DNA of 11,586 nt from Halalkalibacterium halodurans (GTDB taxonomy: Bacteria; Bacillota; Bacilli; Bacillales; Bacillaceae_D). Below, one piece after another: positions 10,080-11,586 of this stretch; positions within the stretch are counted from its first letter, which is position 1, and the number at the start of each line of letters is the position of its first letter. Made by a program: the position numbers and the translations under genes. The stretch covers positions 1 to 11,586 of the forward strand of contig NZ_SNUY01000091.1 in NCBI RefSeq assembly GCF_004376175.1, written 5' to 3'. The notes below the pieces were generated by a model, which saw only the letters and a list, made by a program, of their open reading frames with translations, was not told the DNA's origin and did no database searches.

Positions 10080-10369
10080 GAGCCACAGGACAAATTTCTG
10101 TAACCCTTGATATTACTGATTCCATTCAATTTGCTACTATAGATGTGTTCCCATACCTTTTTACGTGATCAAGTTCTTTATGTTTTGTCAAACCTCAATT
10201 TTAGCGATTTTTGGCCATAATCAGCCATTTCACCATATCGTCATTCTAGTTATTTACAGGATTTTTATGGAAAACGGAAACTTTGATCATTCAGGCAAAA
10301 AGAAAAGCCATAATGGTGCTCCTTTGGTAGAATAGAAGTATCTAGCAACTATCACGAAAGGAGTTCATT

Positions 10370-11586
10370 ATGACTACCTCTATCATACCAAAATCTTATT
10401 CAAATGTAATCTATCTTCAACCTTCTTTTTCATTTACAGAAGATTCATTTTCTTCTTTACGTCACCTTCCTTATGTTAAATTAGGGTTGGAGTTTCCTTG
10501 GGAGGAGGTGTTCTCTCCCATTGAACAAGAATTTCTCCAAGCACGGTTTGAATATCATTTTAAAAAACGAACTTCAACGGATGCAGCCCCATCTTCAACA
10601 GAATTATTTCCAGATATTCCACAGGACTTGAGCACATTGCCTACGAGATCTGCCAAAGGACGAAAAGGAGTGAACTTTTATGCTTTATTAAAAGCTTTCC
10701 TCTTGGCTCCACTCCTCTATGTGGAAGTAATGGTTTCCAGTGTACACCTTCAAGTTATTGGGAACTCTGACTTCCGGATGGTCTGTGGTTTTGATACACG
10801 ACCATCCTTGAAAACATTTGAACGTTTTGATCAGATCATGATTGAAAACGGACTTTGGGAGAAAGCTCGGCAACTTATGGTGAGCTACAATCTTTTTCAC
10901 GGTATCGTAGGAAAAGAAGAACAACTCGCTGTAGATACCACCCATGTAGATGCGGAAGCCACTGTCCATAAAATGAAGAAATGTAGCCATTCTGAGCCAT
11001 GTCATTGCCCAAAGATTCCTACGGATGATAACGTAGGCGTGATGAGAAAAAGCAATACCGTCACGTACATTGCACATAAAATCTCCTTGGTCTGTGGTGT
11101 AGAGTCTGAACTTCCTTTGTCCAGAAGTGTGTTTAAAGGAGACGAACATGATGCAAAAACACTAGAACCCACTTTGGAAAAGGTAACGGAAGATCTTCCT
11201 GAAGAGTTCCTAAAAACAGTGCAATACGTGAGCGCAGATGGGATTTATCAATCAGCGGACAATCAACAACACACAAAATCCATTCTTAAAGCAAAGCTAT
11301 TGGCTCCCATAAATCCACGTAAAATTCAAGATAAAGCACTTGAATCTTGTGGCATGACCAAGCTGGATAGGTATGGTGTTCCTCATTGTATTAGTGGCCA
11401 TAAGTTACAATTGAAAGGGTTGGATGAAGCAAAAGAACACTATGTTTGGACTTGCCCAGTCTTTGATCCAAAATACAAGCAAGAAGGACTTTCCTGTTCG
11501 AATGAACAGCATATTCAATGCTGTAATGGCGCGAAAACTGGTAGAACGCTTCGTATCCATCAATCGATGACACCACAAATTGATAC
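10370..11586 (+). CDS. DDE transposase, 5' partial in this window (405 codons, continues past the window end). Looks IS5/IS1182-like, with an InsH-type N-terminal domain.
   Basis: This ORF is not in the supplied track. I translated it by hand from ATG 10370 (RBS GAAAGGAG 10356-10363, in-frame TAG at 10343). No stop occurs through 11586. It contains an N-terminal transposase-type segment (FYALLKAFLLAPLLYVEVMVSSVHLQVIGNSDFRMVCGF) and DDE-type motifs LAVDTTHVDA and YVSADGIYQS, with Cys/His-rich insertions. The C-terminal catalytic region is outside the window. Confidence 0.8.
   Translation, partial: MTTSIIPKSYSNVIYLQPSFSFTEDSFSSLRHLPYVKLGLEFPWEEVFSPIEQEFLQARFEYHFKKRTSTDAAPSSTELFPDIPQDLSTLPTRSAKGRKGVNFYALLKAFLLAPLLYVEVMVSSVHLQVIGNSDFRMVCGFDTRPSLKTFERFDQIMIENGLWEKARQLMVSYNLFHGIVGKEEQLAVDTTHVDAEATVHKMKKCSHSEPCHCPKIPTDDNVGVMRKSNTVTYIAHKISLVCGVESELPLSRSVFKGDEHDAKTLEPTLEKVTEDLPEEFLKTVQYVSADGIYQSADNQQHTKSILKAKLLAPINPRKIQDKALESCGMTKLDRYGVPHCISGHKLQLKGLDEAKEHYVWTCPVFDPKYKQEGLSCSNEQHIQCCNGAKTGRTLRIHQSMTPQID
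10370..11586 (+). mobile_element. Second insertion sequence, minimum extent shown. It is truncated by the window end and its left terminus is undetermined.
   Basis: Inferred from the transposase gene. The left end must lie between the oxidoreductase promoter (about 10080) and the TAG at 10343. It cannot be located without the right-hand inverted repeat. Confidence 0.6.

Noticed and set aside
10092-10143. Similarity to the IS4 right subterminal region: ATTTCTGTAACCCTTGA versus ATTTCTGTACCCTTGA at 1524-1539, followed about 20 nt later by TGCTACTATAGATG versus TGCAACGCTAGTG
   Set aside because: The match is short, needs an indel, and the intervening sequence does not align. The implied element body would overlap the oxidoreductase promoter. 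In an AT-rich 11.6-kb window a match of this size can arise by chance. An alignment against other copies of the IS would be needed to revive it as a solo-end remnant.
10267-10335. 22-codon ORF (MENGNFDHSGKKKSHNGAPLVE) upstream of the second transposase
   Set aside because: It has no convincing RBS, is very short, and has no recognisable feature. It lies in what is probably the IS leader or the intergenic region.
10015-10368. 13-nt inverted match GAAAGGAGTTCAT (10356-10368, and its reverse complement at 10015-10027)
   Set aside because: Both copies are the RBS-plus-spacer regions of oppositely oriented genes. Eight of the 13 nt are the shared Shine-Dalgarno core, and the remaining 5 nt are plausibly chance. 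There is no flanking similarity to suggest IS termini.
10688-11149. 153-aa minus-strand ORF, plus the 61-aa ORF at 11391-11576
   Set aside because: Both are antisense to the 405-codon open transposase frame. They have no RBS and no recognisable domain, so they are shadow ORFs.

Overview
The window looks like a low-GC Firmicute (Bacillus-like) chromosomal segment of ordinary core genes, with a different insertion sequence at each edge. At the left is a complete-looking 1,572-bp IS4-family element. It has perfect 13-bp terminal inverted repeats at 1-13 and 1560-1572 and a DDE transposase with a YREK signature at 166-1395. Next come an Ohr/OsmC-family organic hydroperoxide resistance gene and a convergent alpha/beta hydrolase. 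A six-gene biotin operon follows in which every gene junction overlaps: a small uncharacterised membrane protein, then bioW, bioA, bioF, bioD and bioB. Its sigma-A-type promoter sits inside two tandem BirA-type operators. Downstream and convergent is an Old Yellow Enzyme-family flavin oxidoreductase. The window ends inside a second, unrelated DDE transposase gene (10370 to beyond 11586). That gene is missing from the supplied ORF track because it has no stop codon in the window. I saw no rRNA, tRNA or CRISPR array. I also see no convincing novel multi-gene system such as defence or toxin genes. The most interesting item is the unassigned membrane protein that leads the bioW operon under BirA control, a candidate pimelate or biotin-precursor uptake component. 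Secondary items are the tandem BirA operators, an RBS-sequestering fold-back in the IS4 leader, and the hidden open-ended transposase. All homology statements come from my recollection of protein families and visible motifs, not from a database search.
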